A stretch of 64,000 bases of DNA from Parcubacteria bacterium C7867-005 (GTDB lineage: Bacteria > Patescibacteriota > Minisyncoccia > Phycocordibacterales > Zambryskibacteraceae): positions 50,769-114,768 of the forward strand of contig LFCO01000003.1 of NCBI GenBank assembly GCA_001189165.1, read 5' to 3'. The notes under the pieces were generated by a model that saw only the letters and a list, made by a program, of their open reading frames with translations, did no database searches and was not told the DNA's origin. The position numbers and the translations under genes were made by a program. Within the stretch, counting starts at the first letter, position 1, and each line of letters starts with the position of its first letter. Positions 60,578 to 64,000 of this stretch are shown here, one piece after another.

Positions 60578-61143
60578 AAAAACAAACAAAGTCTGGCTTT
60601 ACTCTGATTGAACTGATGGTGGTTATCTCAATCATCAGTCTTCTGACTAGTGTTAGTTTGTCTGCACTAAATGTCGCCAAGATGAGGAGTAGGGATGCAA
60701 GGAGAATCGAGGATTTCAAACAGATCCAACTAGCTCTCGAGCTATACAGAGATGATTTTGGATACTACCCAGGATCGAATTGCGGTTGGGACTGCAATGG
60801 CTATAGGTACAGTTATATAAGCGGAGTTTCTACAAGTGCTTGGGACGCCCTGGCAAACGATCTATTACCTTATATAAAAGTATTACCCAAAGACCCCATA
60901 AATGCAGCTTGTACTCCTTGGACTATCGCGGGTGCGTGCCACTCGTATACTTATGGTAATGTTGGCAGAAACAACAACCCACACGGGTATGATTTGACCG
61001 CAAGATTAGAAGATCCAAACAGCCCCTACAGATGCGGAGTAAAGGGTTATAGATTCTATTTTAATGATTCTACACTATGGTGCGTGGCGTTTGGTGGTTC
61101 TTATAGCAACCAAATCTACGAAGGATCAATACCTGCAAGGTAA
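60574..61143 (+). CDS. Type IV pilin / pseudopilin (prepilin-type N-terminal cleavage-methylation domain)
   Basis: 189 aa; KSGFTLIELMVVISII class III signal peptide, Cys pairs in C-terminal domain. Confidence 0.75.
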   Translation: MKKQTKSGFTLIELMVVISIISLLTSVSLSALNVAKMRSRDARRIEDFKQIQLALELYRDDFGYYPGSNCGWDCNGYRYSYISGVSTSAWDALANDLLPYIKVLPKDPINAACTPWTIAGACHSYTYGNVGRNNNPHGYDLTARLEDPNSPYRCGVKGYRFYFNDSTLWCVAFGGSYSNQIYEGSIPAR

Positions 61144-61716
61144 TTATTTTGGTTCCAAAATATATTCGTATCTGAATTCTTTATTTCTGTTGTAGATCCT
61201 AAAAATCCTAAGATCGAACTCTCCGCTTTCGGTGGTCCGTATGTTTATTCTTGCCACGGCCTGAGGGTCTATCCCTGAAAGAGGTTTCCCACCAAACAGA
61301 TCGCCTAACTTACCCCTCATCTCTTCACTTATAAGCAGGCCAAACCCGTTTATAAGGACGTGGTTCTTTTTGTTCATCCAAGCATCCCTGATTTTAGTTA
61401 TAAATTCTATGGTGTTCTCCGGGCTTCGTAAGTTCCATTTTTTAAGTATCCCGTTTTCATCTACGATGTCTATAGCTGTACTTAAATCCCATGATCTAGT
61501 CATACCCGCTTCGATATCCCCGATGCTAACCCTCCTGGACATCATGTAGTGTTCAACCAAAAATTCTTCTATCGCTTTCTCAGACTCAAAGATGGTTTGA
61601 TGTAGATACTCTGTTAGCTTTCCTATATCTAAATCCGAAGACTCGAATCTCCAGTAGTGTGTCTCCTCCTCAGGGGCTGGTTCTGGTATAAGTGGGAATT
61701 CTCCTGATTGTCTCAT
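61144..61716 (-). CDS. Hypothetical protein
   Basis: 190 aa soluble, no motif recognised. Confidence 0.4.
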   Translation of the reverse strand: MRQSGEFPLIPEPAPEEETHYWRFESSDLDIGKLTEYLHQTIFESEKAIEEFLVEHYMMSRRVSIGDIEAGMTRSWDLSTAIDIVDENGILKKWNLRSPENTIEFITKIRDAWMNKKNHVLINGFGLLISEEMRGKLGDLFGGKPLSGIDPQAVARINIRTTESGEFDLRIFRIYNRNKEFRYEYILEPK

Positions 61717-61736
61717 TCCTCTATCCTAACATTCTG

Positions 61737-61809
61737 TGCGCCCGGCAGGAATCGAACCTGCGACCATCTCCTTAAAAGGGAGCTGCTCTACCGACTGAGC
61801 TACGGGCGC
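61737..61809 (-). tRNA. tRNA-Lys (anticodon TTT)
   Basis: Reverse complement gcgcccgtagctcagtcggtagagca-gctcc-ctTTTaa-ggaga-...ggttcgattcctgccgggcgca. Confidence 0.75.
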
Positions 61810-61859
61810 TTGTATAGAAGCTCTGAAAATATACCCCATGAAGTGCTCTCTGTCTATAT

Positions 61860-62327
61860 TTAGAGCGACAAAATTGTTTTTTCAACTAAGGTGCCGATCT
61901 CCCCCTTACCCCTCCTAGCATTATGGTAACCAACCAACAAGGATTGAGACAGGCTTTCAAGATCGCCTTCCTTAAAATTTACTAGGTTAGATTTTGCCTT
62001 ACTGTACGGGAAGGGTTTCATATCTGCCTCATCGGCTGATTTGGTTACTTTGGCCAAAAGCATCGTTTTTATGGCCCATACTATTTTCCAAAAGATTTCT
62101 TCTGGGACCATACCTGATGCAAGAGCTTTTTGATAAAGCACCCAGGCATCTTTTTTGTTTCTAGCCCCAACTGCATCAGTGAAAGAAAAAATATTAAAAC
62201 CCGACTTTGCTTTTGGTCCTATAGCGTCGCTCTCTTCTTCGACGAACTGCAAATCTACATCAACTACATCGTCAAATATATTTTTATGATAAAACTCTTC
62301 TGTCATAGCGTTTTCATCTCCCCCCAA
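61860..62327 (-). CDS. Hypothetical protein
   Basis: 155 aa; overlaps the polA stop by about 25 bp, a later Met is a possible start. Confidence 0.35.
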   Translation of the reverse strand: MGGDENAMTEEFYHKNIFDDVVDVDLQFVEEESDAIGPKAKSGFNIFSFTDAVGARNKKDAWVLYQKALASGMVPEEIFWKIVWAIKTMLLAKVTKSADEADMKPFPYSKAKSNLVNFKEGDLESLSQSLLVGYHNARRGKGEIGTLVEKTILSL

Positions 62328-64000
62328 TTATCACCCACATTAGCGGATACAATTATAGGTACTCCTTGTTTTTTATCTTCTGATAAAACATTCTCCATGA
62401 TAGGCTTGATATCTCTAACCACACCTTCAACCAAATCCTCCCTTATTTCGTAGATTAGTTCGTCATGAACCTGGAGTATCAGCCTGATATCCCCTTCTTG
62501 CTTTCTATCCCTTATATACTGATCTATTCTCTGCATACTTATCTTCGTAAAATCTGCTTGGGTTCCTTGAATCGGAGCATTGATGGCCATACGCTCTGCA
62601 CTCGCCCGTATGAACGGTAACGGTGACTTGAATCCTGCAAAATACCTTCTTCTCCCAAACATTGTTTCTGTATATCCCTTCCTCTCTGCGTCTGCTTTAA
62701 CGCTGTCGAGATAACTCGCAAGGCCGGAGAAAGTTTCAAAATAATTATTATAAAACTCCTGTGCCTCTTTTCTGTCTGTACCAAGGTTTGTTTTCAGAGC
62801 GTTTACTCCCATCCCATATAGAATTCCGAAATTTATAATCTTGGCCTTCCTTCTCATCTCCTTATCTACTGATGCCGGATCAACTTTAAACACCCTTGAT
62901 GCCACACCAGTATGAACATCCTCTCCCTTCTTAAAAATATCTACCAACTTTTTATCTCCAGACAAAATTGCCGCAATGCGGAGCTCTATCTGAGAATAGT
63001 CCAGAGCCACAAGCTTGAAACCGTCCTCGGCTATAAAGGCATGTCTGATCGCTTGTCCTAAACTAGATTTGATAGGAATATTCTGAAGGTTAGGATTGTT
63101 TGAAGACATCCTCCCCGTCGTGGCACCGGCCTGATCAAAAGTAGAATGAAGCCTCGAATTAAGATCCAGTTGTGGTGGTATGGCATCTATATAAGTAGAT
63201 AGAAGTTTCTGTAGTTCTCGATAATTCAAGATCGGTACGATGATGTCGTGCTTATCTTTTATCTTTTCTAATTCAGATTCCTTGGTAGAGAAAGTTCCAC
63301 TCGCTGTCTTTTTTTGTCTTTTCTCAGCTAAACCTAATTTACCGAAGAGGATCTCCCCCATCTGTTTTGGTGAGTTTATATTAAAATTTTCTCCGGCCAA
63401 ATCCCATATCTTTTTCTCTAGTTTAGAGAGTTCCTCATGATATGTCTTGGACAAATCTTTGAGCACCGCTTTATCCACTTTGACCCCAGTCTTGTTCATC
63501 TGTTCTATGACTGGGGTTATCGGCATTTCTATTTCCTCAAATACACTACGAACCTTCCTTTTGTCCAATTCCTCTTCGATAATTTTGTCTGCCTCCTCTA
63601 AACTTTTTTGTTTAGTAAAAGCCAAAATATCCTCAACGGTTGGAGAAGTTATATTTGAGTCTATGACCCACAAAGCTAAAGCGAGCTTTTTCTCCAATTC
63701 GCTTTTGGGCAGAGTTTTCTCTTTCTCTTTGGTTTGTTTCTTGGGATCTACCTCTCCTCTCTCGGTCTTATCGATACCACTCACTAACATCTTGATTCGT
63801 TCGCCTAAAGTTCTGAACTCTAGTTGTCTAAATAATTCAAGCAAGTTATCTATGACCAAATCTTCTTTCCATTCTTTTGGTAATTTAAAATCAATGGGCG
63901 CATCTATTCGAATAGTAGCTAGGGTTTTAGAAAACAAAGCCTCTTCCTCGTTTGCTACAAGTAGCTCGGCGATTCTGTCTGTGATCCCCGCCTTACTGTA
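62303..64000 (-). CDS. polA: DNA polymerase I (family A), C-terminal polymerase domain; N-terminal part lies beyond window end
   Basis: Motif A/B/C of family A polymerases (RRKAKIINFGILYGMG, QVHDELIYE); reading frame stays open to position 64000. Confidence 0.85.
   Translation of the reverse strand, partial: YSKAGITDRIAELLVANEEEALFSKTLATIRIDAPIDFKLPKEWKEDLVIDNLLELFRQLEFRTLGERIKMLVSGIDKTERGEVDPKKQTKEKEKTLPKSELEKKLALALWVIDSNITSPTVEDILAFTKQKSLEEADKIIEEELDKRKVRSVFEEIEMPITPVIEQMNKTGVKVDKAVLKDLSKTYHEELSKLEKKIWDLAGENFNINSPKQMGEILFGKLGLAEKRQKKTASGTFSTKESELEKIKDKHDIIVPILNYRELQKLLSTYIDAIPPQLDLNSRLHSTFDQAGATTGRMSSNNPNLQNIPIKSSLGQAIRHAFIAEDGFKLVALDYSQIELRIAAILSGDKKLVDIFKKGEDVHTGVASRVFKVDPASVDKEMRRKAKIINFGILYGMGVNALKTNLGTDRKEAQEFYNNYFETFSGLASYLDSVKADAERKGYTETMFGRRRYFAGFKSPLPFIRASAERMAINAPIQGTQADFTKISMQRIDQYIRDRKQEGDIRLILQVHDELIYEIREDLVEGVVRDIKPIMENVLSEDKKQGVPIIVSANVGDNWGEMKTL

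Overview
This 64-kb window comes from an AT-rich (roughly 40% GC) bacterial genome, dense with short genes, that looks like a reduced Patescibacteria/CPR-like organism; that lineage call is an inference from gene content and compactness, not a demonstrated placement. Most of the window is housekeeping. It carries a 23S-5S rRNA pair on the minus strand with no 16S gene anywhere in the window. It also has eight tRNAs, a ribosomal protein block (S6-SSB-S18, L11-NusG-SecE, L19, S20), five aminoacyl-tRNA synthetase genes (metG, glyQS, ileS, argS plus a stand-alone tRNA-binding protein), recA, ftsK, efp, ruvA/ruvX, fpg, polA (partial), recO, dcd, a pilMNO type IV pilus module plus a pilin, and cell-envelope genes (glycosyltransferases, FtsW/RodA, Mur ligase, secD partial).

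On top of that backbone sit several accessory elements:
1. A complete diversity-generating retroelement (DGR). It has a reverse transcriptase with the [I/L]GxxxSQ motif, an Avd accessory protein, and a 109-bp TR/VR pair with 16 strictly adenine-specific mismatches at the C-terminus of a 199-aa GC-rich target gene. The avd gene is inverted relative to the rest of the cassette.
2. A mobile patch directly upstream of the 23S gene. It combines an IS1595-family transposase, a GC-rich cargo segment, and an IS200/RAYT-like HUH transposase bracketed by three identical copies of a 23-bp perfect palindrome (REP/RAYT-like module).
3. An isoleucyl-tRNA synthetase carrying an inserted complete histidine-phosphatase (RHG...H) domain.
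4. Several short GC-rich (about 55-60% GC) patches embedded in the AT-rich backbone, including tmk-thyX and a cmk-like kinase, that look horizontally acquired.

Coordinates of non-coding features are approximate (within a few bp).
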